64,000 nt of DNA from a plasmid, in sequence record NZ_CP033968.1. One strand, given 5' to 3'. Position 1 is the first letter of the stretch; every line of letters begins with the position of its first letter. Positions 37,346 to 47,685 of this stretch are shown in pieces. Under the pieces are notes generated by a model, which did not search any database, was not told where the DNA came from, and worked only from the letters and a program-made list of their open reading frames with translations. Both the position numbers and the translations under genes were made by a program.

Positions 37346-37700
37346 TCCCGCCTTCGTAACCCCATCGACCCACCAGGTGACTGCTGTCAACTGGTGGGGT
37401 TTTTCATTCGGCCGGCCACAGTGCGGCCGGGATCTTACTGCTGCTGTTCCACATCGCCGGACACTATCCAACCCGTCCATTCCCATCGCGTTCCGACTCA
37501 GGAACCGGTGGGCATTTTTTTATCTGTCGCGCACGACGCCCGCGAGCGCCTCGGCGCCGGGCGGATGGCTGGGCTCCCCGTCGCGGGGGGGGCGGCGGGC
37601 GGTGGTGGTCAACAATCAACGCGGGGGGCGGTGTTCAAGACTTAGTCGCGCCTGTTCCTCATCACTCCGGGCAAGTCCAACTTCCACCCGGAGATCCCAA

Positions 37701-38354
37701 ATGCAAGACCAGTTCTATGTTCTTTACTCGCCCACCGAAGCCGCGGCTCTGACCGATGCTACGCCTGGTGAGCACGGGGCCGGCTTCTGGTCGGCAGAGG
37801 ATGGCTGGTCGAGCTTTGACAAGGCGACCCGTTACGCTGCCGGCCTGCGCGAGATTCTTCCGTTCCCGAAGAGCCTTGGCGACGATGCAGGCTGGGTGCT
37901 CGTCGACAGCATCCTGTTCCTGGCGCTGGCGAAGCGCTACTCGGAAGATCCGCAGCTTTCCGAGCAGCTTGATCGCCTTGCCGATCGTTATGCCGACGAG
38001 GTTATCGGCGGTCACCCGGAGCGTTTCAACTCCGTGGAAATCCAAGGCGTACGCAATGAGCACTCTCCGCGAGATGCCGGCGGCGGCATCGTCGAGCTCG
38101 ACAACGTCGATCCCCAGTTCTATTCCGTCTATCTGCACTACAAGCCGGAAGAAGAATGTGGGAGCGATTGCGTCGGCGACTTCGCCACGTACGAAGGCGC
38201 GGTTGAGTATGCCAACGAACTCGCCGAAGAGAATGGATGGGCAATCCTTGATCTCGTCACCGAGGACGGCAGGACGCCGCGGTGGGAGCCAAGCCATTCC
38301 GTTCCGCGCGTGCTTCCTGTGCGCGGTCGTCATGACCTCTCCGTTCAAATCTAA
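37701..38354 (+). CDS. hypothetical acidic protein
   Basis: GGAGA upstream of MQDQFYV; preceded by a G8 tract. Confidence 0.5.
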   Translation: MQDQFYVLYSPTEAAALTDATPGEHGAGFWSAEDGWSSFDKATRYAAGLREILPFPKSLGDDAGWVLVDSILFLALAKRYSEDPQLSEQLDRLADRYADEVIGGHPERFNSVEIQGVRNEHSPRDAGGGIVELDNVDPQFYSVYLHYKPEEECGSDCVGDFATYEGAVEYANELAEENGWAILDLVTEDGRTPRWEPSHSVPRVLPVRGRHDLSVQI

Positions 38355-38392
38355 CCACCACACTCTTCCCAATCCTACATAGGAGCTTCATC

Positions 38393-39223
38393 ATGGCAAA
38401 CACCTACAGCACTTCCACGGGCGTTCTGATCCTCGACAAAGTCACGCCGATGATCATGGCACTCTTTGGCGCATTCGCACTGGACCCGATCACACCGGGG
38501 AATGGTGAGGTCTACATAGCCTCGACTCCCGAGGATGAACCGCACTGGGGGAAAGTCAACGATCGGGTGGCGGCGCTGAGGTCAGATCTGGGAGTCGAAC
38601 TCCCGGATGACACCAGTGAGGGCATCGCAATGGAGTTGTTCGCGCTGGCGGAGCACTTCGGCATCAACGACCCGGAGCTCTTCCAGCTTCTCGATCACCA
38701 TGAGTTCACGGAGGACGAAGATGCTGATCTGCAGGTTCTTTTCGATCTTGCGCAGTGGTTCGACGACGGCCACGGTCTGAAGGCGATCAAGTTCGAGGGG
38801 AGCTGGCGGTGCGACAAGCCACAGTTGTTCGAGTTCGGTGGCGCCGGCGACTTCATCGGTCGGCACATCTCGGTAAGGTCCAGCTCGGCCACGGCGATCG
38901 TGCTTGGCGCGGAACTGGATGCAGCGATCGAGATCGGCAACCTGGACGGCGTAGCTACCCGCTTCGTCACCCAGATCAACGGCATCCTCGCTGGCCTCAC
39001 GGACGGGGCGATCGCAGATCGCGTGCGCGTAAAGCTCGGTCGCTCCCTGGTCGACGCGTACGGAAAGCTCGAGGAGGGCTCCCCAGCCTGGCTGCGAGCG
39101 ACCTTCGACACTGAACACCCAGATCATCCCAGGTCGGCGTGGCGATCAGAGGTAGCAAACGATGACACCCTGCTCGGATATTGGGAATGGGTGTTCCACA
39201 GCATCGAAGGCGCAGCAGTCTGA
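38393..39223 (+). CDS. hypothetical acidic protein
   Basis: 276-aa ORF; terminator at 39302-39340. Confidence 0.5.
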   Translation: MANTYSTSTGVLILDKVTPMIMALFGAFALDPITPGNGEVYIASTPEDEPHWGKVNDRVAALRSDLGVELPDDTSEGIAMELFALAEHFGINDPELFQLLDHHEFTEDEDADLQVLFDLAQWFDDGHGLKAIKFEGSWRCDKPQLFEFGGAGDFIGRHISVRSSSATAIVLGAELDAAIEIGNLDGVATRFVTQINGILAGLTDGAIADRVRVKLGRSLVDAYGKLEEGSPAWLRATFDTEHPDHPRSAWRSEVANDDTLLGYWEWVFHSIEGAAV

Positions 39224-39434
39224 GTCCGGGGCAAGCAGCCTGGAACCGCGGCTGAGGCACCCACCCGCAACATAACCACGTGCTGGCTACCAGCACACAC
39301 GGCCGCTCACTATGTGAGCGGCTATTTCTTTGCGCGTTCCTGATCTGCATTCCCTTCTGCAAGGGTTTCCCACTTAACCGCCAAATGCCTCCCACCCCGT
39401 GCGGGGCGAGCGGCTGGCTATCAGGAGCAAAGAA

Positions 39435-41228
39435 ATGGTTGACACAAAGACGATCGAGCTGTTCAGGCGTGACGAAATGGTCTTCACCGTGCAGGAACTG
39501 ATCGAGAAGGCCTTGGCAGCGATCGGGGCCCTGTTCGCCGGCGGCCATCCGATTATTGTGGCCTACAGCGGAGGGAAGGACAGTTCTGTGGTGGCTGCCT
39601 TGGTTCTCCACGCGGCAGTTTTGGCAAAGGCGTCTGGGGGCAATCCACTGGTCATCGTGACGACAGGGGATACTGGCGTCGAGTCACCTGAGTCCCAGTC
39701 CTTGTACCAAGCTGAGACGGCGAAGATGCGGCGGTTTGCGAAGGAACACGGCGTGCGGCTTCTTACGAAGACGGTTCAGCCCACGCTGCTCTCGACCTGG
39801 CAGTTGAAGATTCTGAGCGGCCGAGGCCTTCCAAGCTTCCCGGGCTCTCAAAGTGACTGTTCTGTCGATCTCAAGATCCATCCTCAGCGCATGTTCCGAC
39901 GCAAGCTGTTCAGAAAGCTTGCTCAGGAGAAGCTCCCCGAGCCCGTAACGTGTCTGGGCACCCGCCTGGACGAGGGCCAACGCCGCGCCGCTGCCATGCT
40001 TGTCCGCGGTGACCGCTCGGACGTGCCGGTTCGCAACAAGGACGGAGAGCTGATCCTCAGTCCGGTTCGGGTGTGGAGCACCGATGATATATGGGAGGCC
40101 ATCGCAATCTACGGCGGTCAGCAGTACCCATCGTTCTCGGACTTCGAAGAGACGAAACGTGTGTATGCACATTCCTCAGGCACATCGTGTGCCGTTGTCG
40201 CTGACGCAATCTATGAGGGCGGCGAGAAGCGAGGGAAGGGCGGCTGTGGTGCTCGGCTCGGGTGCCACGTGTGCCAAGTTGCGGAGGACAAATCGCTCGC
40301 CAACATGATCGAGTACGACGCGCGCTATGCTTACGCCAAAGGGCTGAACCAGCTGAACCGTTTCATCCGCAATACTCGGTATGACTGGCAGAAGCGGCAT
40401 TGGGTGGGGCGGACGATCAAAGAGGGTTGGGTCACGATCCAGCCGGATACGTACCATCCTTCAATGATTCGTGCGCTCACGCGATACATGCTGCAGTTGG
40501 ACTACGACGAAGAGTTGCGCGCAGCGAATGCTGGTGAGCGGCCGAAGTTCAGGCTGCTTCCGCTGGATGTCATGATCGCTGTGGACGCAATGCAATCTCT
40601 GAACGGCGTGGCTATGCCATTTTCGGTCTGGGCAGACCATCGGGACATCAGGCAACGAGGAGTCCGCTACGATGTGCCAGATGTGCCGACAGTCAAGCAA
40701 AGCCCGATACCTGTTGCGCGGTTCCTGCACGTTGGCAAGGAGTGGGATTCGACGGCTAGCAATGCAACATGGACTGGCCTGCGTGATCCGTACTTTGAGG
40801 CTCTCACCGAGAGAAGTGGGTGTGCGCCGGAGCTGACGACCCTAAAGGACGGAAAGCTGGCGTGGGCAGTGGAAACGGAGCCTACTTTCTCGGTGGACCT
40901 CGAGAGCGCCTGCTTTATCGAGGACTTCGAGGTGGACCGATTGCTCCAAATGCATGATCAGGGAGTGATGCCGGGCGGAGTTACCACAGGGTACCTTTGG
41001 TACTTGTCTTACGGGTGTCTCTCCCTGTCACACGCGCAGCAGAACGAACACGATGCGATCTGCCGTCGTACCGCACACAAGGATCGTCTCGGTATTACCT
41101 GTGAGTACGACATAGACGCACTCATTGGTCGGTCGGTCGGGTTTGCCGATTTACCGCCTGAAGCCCGGGTTGCATGGGGCGGGAAGGCGACAACGGCATC
41201 GGCACAAGTCGATCTCTTGTTCAATTAA
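39435..41228 (+). CDS. PP-loop ATP-pyrophosphatase of the PAPS-reductase superfamily (DndC/IbrA-like)
   Basis: IVAYSGGKDSSVVAAL is the PP-loop SGGxDS; GGCGARLGCHVC matches the Cys cluster of DndC-type PAPS-reductase-like proteins; AGGAGCAAAGAA upstream; 597 aa. Confidence 0.75.
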   Translation: MVDTKTIELFRRDEMVFTVQELIEKALAAIGALFAGGHPIIVAYSGGKDSSVVAALVLHAAVLAKASGGNPLVIVTTGDTGVESPESQSLYQAETAKMRRFAKEHGVRLLTKTVQPTLLSTWQLKILSGRGLPSFPGSQSDCSVDLKIHPQRMFRRKLFRKLAQEKLPEPVTCLGTRLDEGQRRAAAMLVRGDRSDVPVRNKDGELILSPVRVWSTDDIWEAIAIYGGQQYPSFSDFEETKRVYAHSSGTSCAVVADAIYEGGEKRGKGGCGARLGCHVCQVAEDKSLANMIEYDARYAYAKGLNQLNRFIRNTRYDWQKRHWVGRTIKEGWVTIQPDTYHPSMIRALTRYMLQLDYDEELRAANAGERPKFRLLPLDVMIAVDAMQSLNGVAMPFSVWADHRDIRQRGVRYDVPDVPTVKQSPIPVARFLHVGKEWDSTASNATWTGLRDPYFEALTERSGCAPELTTLKDGKLAWAVETEPTFSVDLESACFIEDFEVDRLLQMHDQGVMPGGVTTGYLWYLSYGCLSLSHAQQNEHDAICRRTAHKDRLGITCEYDIDALIGRSVGFADLPPEARVAWGGKATTASAQVDLLFN

Positions 41229-41233
41229 ACACT

Positions 41234-41274
41234 CCCCGGGGGCGTATCCACGCTGCCCGGGGATTTTTCTTTTC
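41234..41274 (+). terminator. rho-independent terminator
   Basis: CCCCGGGGGCGTATCCACGCTGCCCGGGG followed by ATTTTTCTTTT. Confidence 0.75.
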
Positions 41275-41689
41275 CGGTACGCTGTGGCGCGCATGGTGAT
41301 CGGGCAGCGGGCCGCCGCAGAGGAGGGTTACGGCAAGTTGGCGTCCCCTTTCTGTTCTCCTGGTGTACATCTCTTCTCGCAAGGACTTTCCAACAACCCC
41401 CAGGGCGTTCCTGCGTATTTCGGGGCGCGTGATCAGCGATTTCGGGGGAACGTGATCACCTGTTTCGGGCGGATGCTGATCGCTGGTTTCGGCGGAACGT
41501 GATCACTTCGGCGATGCCGCCGAAATCGGTGATCAGCTTCCCGAAACGAGTGATCACGTTGCCGAAATAGGTGATCAAGCAGCCGAAATGGGTGATCACG
41601 CACCGCAATGGGGCCGGGGTTAGGGGTGGGACTGCGCATGGACTAGAACGCCGGCGATACGCTGCTTCCTTTTTCAAGGAAGCAAGCTG

Positions 41690-43243
41690 ATGCCGGCCAA
41701 CCGGATGACCATGCGCAAAATCAAGGAAGTGCTTCGCCTGAAGTGGGCGTGTGGCCTTTCGCACCGGCAGATCGCTAGGGCGACGGGTGTGAGTGTTGGC
41801 GCCGTTTCGCAGTACGCGGCAATGGCGAAGGCAGCGGGGCTGGATTGGCCGCAGGCGGACAGCCTGAACGAAGATACGCTGGAGCAGCGGCTGTTCGGCG
41901 CGCAGAAGCCGGCCAACAGCCCGGGCGGGCGGGTGATGCCGGACTTCCCCTATCTGCATCGCGAGTTGCGCCGCAAGGGCGTGACACTGCAGTTGCTGTG
42001 GGAGGAATACCTGGAGGCGAATCCAAACGTCCCCATTTACCAATACACGCAGTTCTGCTGCCGTTACCGGGACTGGGCAGCGACGCTCAAGCGGTCCATG
42101 CGCCAGCAGCACCGCGCCGGCGAGAAGCTGTTTGCTGACTTCGCCGGTCAGATGGTGCCGATTCTGGATGCGGAGGGCGGCATTGCCTTCGAAGCCAGCA
42201 TCTTCGTCGCTGTGCTCGGCGCTTCAAATTACACGTACGCGTGCGCCACCCGGGGGCAGACCACTGCCGACTGGATCGGGGGAATGGTCTGCGCGATGGA
42301 ATTCGCCGGCGGCGTGCCCGAGCTGCTTGTTCCGGACAACCCGCGCGCGCTGGTGGCTCGCCCTGACCGATACGAGCCAGTGCTGTCCCGAACTGCAGAA
42401 GACTTCGTTCATCACTACGGCACGGCCATGCTGCCAGCACGGCCACGCAAGCCGCAAGACAAGGCCAAGGTCGAGACTGGCGTACTGATCGTCGAGCGGT
42501 GGATCCTAGCGCGGCTGCGCAATCACCGCTTCTACAGCTTGGGCGAGCTCAACAAGGCTATCAAGAAGCTCGTCGCCGACCTGAACGACCGACCGTTCAA
42601 GAAGCTGCCTGGCACGCGCCGGGAGTGGTTCGAGCGGTTGGACCGGCCAGTGCTGCGACCGCTGCCGCCGCGGCGCTACGAAGTTGCAACGTTCAAACAG
42701 TGCCGCGTCAACGTCGACTACCACGTCGAGATCGACGGCCACTACTACAGCGTGCCGCATGCCCTGGTGCGCAAGGCGGTGGAGGCTCGCGTAACTCGCC
42801 ACACCATCGAGATCCTGTACGGCGGCAAACGGGTGGCGCTGCACGCGCGCAATACCCGCAAGGGCAGCCACAGCACGGTCAAGGAACACATGCCGGTGGC
42901 CCACCGCGCGCACCTCGAATGGACGCCCGGCCGGCTGCTCAACTGGGCAGCCTCGATTGGGCCCAACGTCGCCGTCATCGTCGAATACCAGCTCACCCAC
43001 AAGAGCCATCCCGAGATGGGCTATCGCGCCTGCCTGGGTCTGCTGAGTCTGGCCAAGAAGTACAGCAAGGAGCGGCTCGAAGCCGCTTGCGCCCGCGCCG
43101 TCGCCATTGGCTCGCTCACGCGTAAGTCTGTGGTCTCCATCCTTGAAAACCATCTGGACCGGCAAGCCACTCTGCCGGTATCGCAAACCGAGTGGCATTC
43201 CCCCATGCACGACAACGTGCGCGGACCCGACTACTACCATTAG
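41690..43243 (+). CDS. istA: IS21-family transposase IstA
   Basis: N-terminal HTH ([17 protein letters not shown]) and a DDE integrase core; 517 aa. Confidence 0.9.
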   Translation: MPANRMTMRKIKEVLRLKWACGLSHRQIARATGVSVGAVSQYAAMAKAAGLDWPQADSLNEDTLEQRLFGAQKPANSPGGRVMPDFPYLHRELRRKGVTLQLLWEEYLEANPNVPIYQYTQFCCRYRDWAATLKRSMRQQHRAGEKLFADFAGQMVPILDAEGGIAFEASIFVAVLGASNYTYACATRGQTTADWIGGMVCAMEFAGGVPELLVPDNPRALVARPDRYEPVLSRTAEDFVHHYGTAMLPARPRKPQDKAKVETGVLIVERWILARLRNHRFYSLGELNKAIKKLVADLNDRPFKKLPGTRREWFERLDRPVLRPLPPRRYEVATFKQCRVNVDYHVEIDGHYYSVPHALVRKAVEARVTRHTIEILYGGKRVALHARNTRKGSHSTVKEHMPVAHRAHLEWTPGRLLNWAASIGPNVAVIVEYQLTHKSHPEMGYRACLGLLSLAKKYSKERLEAACARAVAIGSLTRKSVVSILENHLDRQATLPVSQTEWHSPMHDNVRGPDYYH

Positions 43244-43250
43244 GAAAACT

Positions 43251-44006
43251 ATGCTGATGCAACACACCGTCGGCCAGCTCAAGGCCCTGAAGCTCGACGG
43301 GATGGCGCGGGCCTTCGAGGAACAGTCTGCCCTGACCGCCAGCTCCAGCCTGCCGTTCGAAGAACGCTTCTCCATGCTGGTCGACCGGGAGATTGCTTGG
43401 CGTGACACCAGGCGCCTGGAGCGGCTGCTGCGCTCGGCCAAGCTCAAGCACGCCCAGGCATGCCTCGAGGATGTGGTCTATGACGGCAGCCGCGGTCTTG
43501 ACCAGCGGCTGGTCGCCAGCCTGGCCAGTTGCGACTGGATCCGCAATGCTCAGAGTCTCATCCTTACCGGGGCGACCGGTGCCGGCAAGTCCTGGCTGGC
43601 CTGTGCGTTTGCTCAGCAGGCCTGTCGGCAGGGATTCTCTGCGCTCTACCTGCGGGTGCCGCGACTGTTCGAGGAACTGCAGATCGCCCACGGCGACGGG
43701 AGCTTCACCCGCCGCCTGGCACAGCTCGCGCGCATCGATGTCCTGGTGCTGGACGACTGGGGCCTACAGGAGCCTTCTAAAAGCGCACGCGGCGATCTGC
43801 TGGAAGTTCTGGACGATCGCGTCGGCACCCGCTCGACCATCGTGACCAGCCAGCTCCCGATCGAGCATTGGCACCAGTGGTTGGATGATCCGACGCTGGC
43901 TGACGCCATTCTGGACCGGCTGGTCCACCAGGCGCACAAGGTATCGCTCAAAGGCGAATCCATGCGCAAGCGCTCGGCTACCGACGTCAAGAAACGGGCA
44001 TCGTGA
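43251..44006 (+). CDS. istB: IS21-family helper ATPase IstB
   Basis: Walker [16 protein letters not shown], Walker [10 protein letters not shown]; 251 aa. Confidence 0.9.
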   Translation: MLMQHTVGQLKALKLDGMARAFEEQSALTASSSLPFEERFSMLVDREIAWRDTRRLERLLRSAKLKHAQACLEDVVYDGSRGLDQRLVASLASCDWIRNAQSLILTGATGAGKSWLACAFAQQACRQGFSALYLRVPRLFEELQIAHGDGSFTRRLAQLARIDVLVLDDWGLQEPSKSARGDLLEVLDDRVGTRSTIVTSQLPIEHWHQWLDDPTLADAILDRLVHQAHKVSLKGESMRKRSATDVKKRAS

Positions 44007-44147
44007 TCACCTACGCTACAATCTCCTGACCGCGCAGTACCACCTTCCTTCCCTGATCACGTTCGCCGAAACCGCTGATCACCTTCACCGAAATCCGCAG
44101 CGTTCCGTGCCTTTGGGGCGCGGGCGACTGGATATCAGGAGCATATT

Positions 44148-44576
44148 GTGCTGAATGCAATCTCGAACGAAACGACAGCTGGACTTGAACTGGCGGTTGC
44201 ACTGGAGCTGTTCTGTGTAACTCTGGACTGGCAGCCTGGCGACGACGAGCAAGGCGACTACTCGGTATCCGTCTGGGCAGTCGACGAGGACGATGCCATT
44301 CGTCAGGTGGCAGAAGAAATGGCTGACTCCGGCGAGAAGAGCTTCGAGACCGAGGCAGAACGTGTGGCGTACATCCAGTGCGTCATCGACGGAGCTGGAC
44401 AGTATGCCGCGGAACATGTCAAGAACAGGTTGCTCAGTGATCTCGACAATCTGCTGAGGAACGATCGTCCGGAAGCACTGAAGGCAATCAAGGCCATCTT
44501 GGATGGTGCAGATCCAGCTGGCAGCACGACGCCGGCGGCCGACGATGCAAAGCGGAGCGATCCGCCTGCGCAGTAG
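44148..44576 (+). CDS. hypothetical acidic protein (GTG start)
   Basis: AGGAGCA upstream of GTG. Confidence 0.45.
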   Translation: MLNAISNETTAGLELAVALELFCVTLDWQPGDDEQGDYSVSVWAVDEDDAIRQVAEEMADSGEKSFETEAERVAYIQCVIDGAGQYAAEHVKNRLLSDLDNLLRNDRPEALKAIKAILDGADPAGSTTPAADDAKRSDPPAQ

Positions 44577-44768
44577 GCACTGCGCATTTCAAAACTCGTC
44601 GCATCGACTAGCACTCTAGTAGTGCAACTCAGAACCCCGTTCATCCGAAAGATGAGCGGGGCTTTTTGTTTTTGGCCGGAGCTTCTGGTTGTGGACGTGT
44701 GTGACTCATTCCCATTGGCAAGGACAAGGGGGAATGCCCCTACCAACCCTACCAATGGAGTAAACAGC

Positions 44769-45224
44769 ATGATCGAATCCGCAAACACCGAAGTGAATGG
44801 CTTTTCGTCAACAAAGCTGCCGGTCGACCGTGACCTGATCAAATCGCAGCGCCTTCTCAACATGATTGAGGTTGTGGAAGTCCTCCATGCCCCGGACGGT
44901 GAGCGAACGCTCTGGCAGATGCTGGTTGACGCCGGCGCTGACATCGATCGAATCATTTTCCGAGATGTCGATGACCTCCAGGCCGAACGGGCGCCTGCCC
45001 TGCAGTTTCGCGTGGATACCTCGAAACTGAAGGGTTTTTTGGTCCTCGAGCATGCCCCTGGTCAGCACGGACTCCGTATTTTGGTCCAGACTGAGGGAAC
45101 GATGGTGCTGAAGGTGGTCCATGCGGGGGTTCTCCTGCGCGACCTCGCGACGAAAATCGCTCACCTGATCGACGACGGTACCCGCCGGAACGAGCCCGCT
45201 AGCCGCGTGATCGTAAAGGAGTAA
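44769..45224 (+). CDS. hypothetical protein
   Basis: GGAG upstream of MIESANTEV; terminator follows. Confidence 0.45.
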   Translation: MIESANTEVNGFSSTKLPVDRDLIKSQRLLNMIEVVEVLHAPDGERTLWQMLVDAGADIDRIIFRDVDDLQAERAPALQFRVDTSKLKGFLVLEHAPGQHGLRILVQTEGTMVLKVVHAGVLLRDLATKIAHLIDDGTRRNEPASRVIVKE

Positions 45225-45397
45225 CCCATGGCCCCGGCGCACATAGTGCCCGGGGTTTTTCTTTGTCTGGAGCCATCGCGGCGGGGCGGCGGCTCCCTCC
45301 TGCGGCAACTCGTGCGTGCTGCCGGGTATGCCGCGATGTTGATCATCCCGGCATCTCAGGCCAGATCCGAGGCCTCAATTCTTCAGAAGGAACAAGA

Positions 45398-45877
45398 ATG
45401 TCTACCTCCAGGCAAGTCGATTTTCAGGAGCTTTGTCCTCATTGTGGGCAGGATTGCCTTGCAACGTTGTATGAGGACAATTTTGGGTACGAGTCCTCGG
45501 CGGCGCATTGTCACGGCTGCGGCTACCGAGTCGCGGTCGATATCGGAGATGGTGGCGGCGTAGACGCAAGTATCCAGACGAACAAGCTTGGCGGCATGAT
45601 CGTCTCAGGCTGCATCGTGGACGGAGAGTCATGCTGCTCGATGACGCTTGGGAGCCTGATCGGAGGACAGACAATGCGTGATCGCGAGATCATCAATGGC
45701 AGTCCCCCTGCCTGGTTCGCCTTTGTCGACGATGTTGGCGTAACGGTCCTTCGTGGCGCTCCCGCGGACGATCCGGCCTTTGCCGATATTGTCTTGGATG
45801 CGCGGAAACGGCTTGACGAGTTGGAAGTCGTCTCCGACGAGCAGCTCCAGGACATTCCTGAGCCTATAGCACTTTAA
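45398..45877 (+). CDS. hypothetical protein with an N-terminal zinc ribbon
   Basis: CPHCGQDC...HCHGCG; AGAAGGAACAAGA upstream; terminator at 45888-45925. Confidence 0.45.
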   Translation: MSTSRQVDFQELCPHCGQDCLATLYEDNFGYESSAAHCHGCGYRVAVDIGDGGGVDASIQTNKLGGMIVSGCIVDGESCCSMTLGSLIGGQTMRDREIINGSPPAWFAFVDDVGVTVLRGAPADDPAFADIVLDARKRLDELEVVSDEQLQDIPEPIAL

Positions 45878-46020
45878 CCATCGACGGCCCGTCACACACT
45901 CGCGTGTAACGGGCCAGTTTCTTGTGATGACCGGTCGGCTTGTTTGCACCTGCGGTTCATATCAAGAGGCAAGGAATAGAGCCTGCACCAGGCTAGAATT
46001 TCTCGAACTGGAGATTGGAC

Positions 46021-46341
46021 ATGGATCACACCTTTAAAACCGGCGCCGAGATCGACGGCTTTCTTCGATCGGAGGGCCTTACGGAAGCCTCAACCGGGGG
46101 AGGGTACTCGGGCTGGTTCCTCGAGCTCCAAGGCAAATCGGGCCCCTGGCAGGTCATGATCTCTGACTGGACTACCGATAGCACCAGCATGCAGCCGGGC
46201 AAACCCATTGGAATCGCGCTCTACGCGCCTGGTGGTGCCGAAACACAAGCGGAGGTGCTGCCGAATGCCGATGGCCTGCGGGATGCACTGAAGCGGTTCC
46301 GGGATGCCGGCGCGCAGCTGTTCGGTACCGCGCCGGGCTGA
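46021..46341 (+). CDS. hypothetical protein
   Basis: GGAGATTGGAC upstream of ATG. Confidence 0.45.
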   Translation: MDHTFKTGAEIDGFLRSEGLTEASTGGGYSGWFLELQGKSGPWQVMISDWTTDSTSMQPGKPIGIALYAPGGAETQAEVLPNADGLRDALKRFRDAGAQLFGTAPG

Positions 46342-46350
46342 GGAGAAATG

Positions 46351-46470
46351 TATGGGCATCCGAGCTAAGGCCGGCATGATGTTTGTCTACGAACTCAACG
46401 GCTGCCGCCTGACCGACCATCTGGTCAACGGAACGTGGGTCACCGTCAAGGTTGAACCGCTACCGGCATA
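46351..46470 (+). CDS. possible small ORF (39 aa), not in the ORF track
   Basis: GAGGAGAAATGT upstream of ATG; MGIRAKAGMMFVYELNGCRLTDHLVNGTWVTVKVEPLPA; terminator follows. Confidence 0.25.
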
Positions 46471-46491
46471 ACCTGATCGCACCGCGATCGC

Positions 46492-46530
46492 AGCCTCCAG
46501 CTCACGATGTGTGACTGGAGGCTTTTCTTT
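46492..46530 (+). terminator. rho-independent terminator
   Basis: GCCTCCAGCTCACGATGTGTGACTGGAGGC followed by TTTTCTTT. Confidence 0.75.
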
Positions 46531-46603
46531 GAGTACCGCTGCGTGTGAAACATCTCCTACCTGTCAGGCCATCGCAAGTGGCCTCTTACCCAGGAGATCG
46601 ATC

Positions 46604-47443
46604 ATGAGCCATTTTTCCAAAGCAGTAGACCGCCGTTCCCGCCCTGCGATGACGGAATTCTTGTCCTCGCACTTCCGCTACCACACCGCTGGCAGCCACA
46701 ACCGCAGTACTTCCTATGCCCACTGCATCAAGGTCGACCGAATTGGCCTGAACCGCGAGCAAACCGCTGCTGCGTACGACATGCTGGGGGCGGAGACGTA
46801 CTGGGATCGCATCAATGATCCCATTTGCGAGTTCACCCGCTCCATGCACGGGTTGTACACGATTGGGACGAACGGGCGATCCGGTGGCTATTTGGTCCTC
46901 TATCGCAGTGAGTACCAGAGCACGAAGCATCTGTCTTTTTGCCGGTCGTGCGGCCAGCGGAACTTCAGGCGAGTTGCTCCTACCTTGGAGGGCGCGGAGG
47001 GTATCATCGGCGCCGAGATCCTTCGCAATGGGGGCCTCTGGCACGACGACGTCTACCTCGATCAATCGGCAATCCAGGCGATCGCGCTCTCGGACACGGA
47101 AAAGCTGGCTATCGTTAGCAAGCTCAAACCGCTGTTGAAGGACTGTTCCGCGGACAACCGTTGTGGCGTCTGTTCGGCCACCGGCGATCGCGGGCGCGTG
47201 AACTACGAAAAGTCCCCGGTCACGCTTTCGCCCTGGCCGATGCGTCCCATCGATCAGGATATTGATTTCAGTGACATGAGCATGGACGAACTGCGCTCGC
47301 GCGTCGACGTCGTCACGGCGTTCGATGCTGCGTGCGATGAAATTCGCGAGAACTTCATTGAGTTGCTTTCCGACTTCGCGCCGGTTGAACGAACCATCAT
47401 GGTTCCCAAAACCGTCACCGTCCTCGAACGACGCGCGGTTTAA
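46604..47443 (+). CDS. hypothetical protein
   Basis: CAGGAGATCGATC upstream of MSHFSKA; 279 aa; terminators at 47452-47487 and 47640-47680. Confidence 0.5.
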   Translation: MSHFSKAVDRRSRPAMTEFLSSHFRYHTAGSHNRSTSYAHCIKVDRIGLNREQTAAAYDMLGAETYWDRINDPICEFTRSMHGLYTIGTNGRSGGYLVLYRSEYQSTKHLSFCRSCGQRNFRRVAPTLEGAEGIIGAEILRNGGLWHDDVYLDQSAIQAIALSDTEKLAIVSKLKPLLKDCSADNRCGVCSATGDRGRVNYEKSPVTLSPWPMRPIDQDIDFSDMSMDELRSRVDVVTAFDAACDEIRENFIELLSDFAPVERTIMVPKTVTVLERRAV

Positions 47444-47685
47444 TCGCCCAGCCCACCGGACCGATGTCTGGTGGGCTTTTTCTTTCTGATCGGTGCAAGG
47501 CCCGGCGCCAAGCACGTAACCGGTAAGCATTTATGCGAAATGCGCGTGCAATGCGGCTTCGTGGGCATGACCGAGCGACAAGAGGGGGGGGCGCCCCTGG
47601 CTGCAGCAGGCCTGACCCGCTGTCTGATCCAAACCAACCCCGGGTGCTCTCGCGAGCTGCCGGGGTTTTTCTTTTCCGACTAGCC

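Larger units (their letters stand above)
41412..44089 (+). mobile_element. IS21-family insertion sequence with a 7-bp target-site duplication
   Basis: Ends TGCGTATTTCGG...CCGAAATCCGCA (TG...CA); multiple internal GTGATCAC/TTTCGG repeats at both ends; direct repeat GCGTTCC at 41405-41411 and 44090-44096. Confidence 0.85.

Noticed and set aside
2304-41228. A canonical dpd (DpdA-B-C plus queCDE/folE) or dnd (DndA-E) cluster
   Set aside because: The TGT-like, ParB-like and PP-loop genes are 23 kb and 12 kb apart and on different strands. No cysteine desulfurase, DndD-like ATPase, QueC/D/E or FolE was seen. Only a non-canonical or partial system can be proposed.
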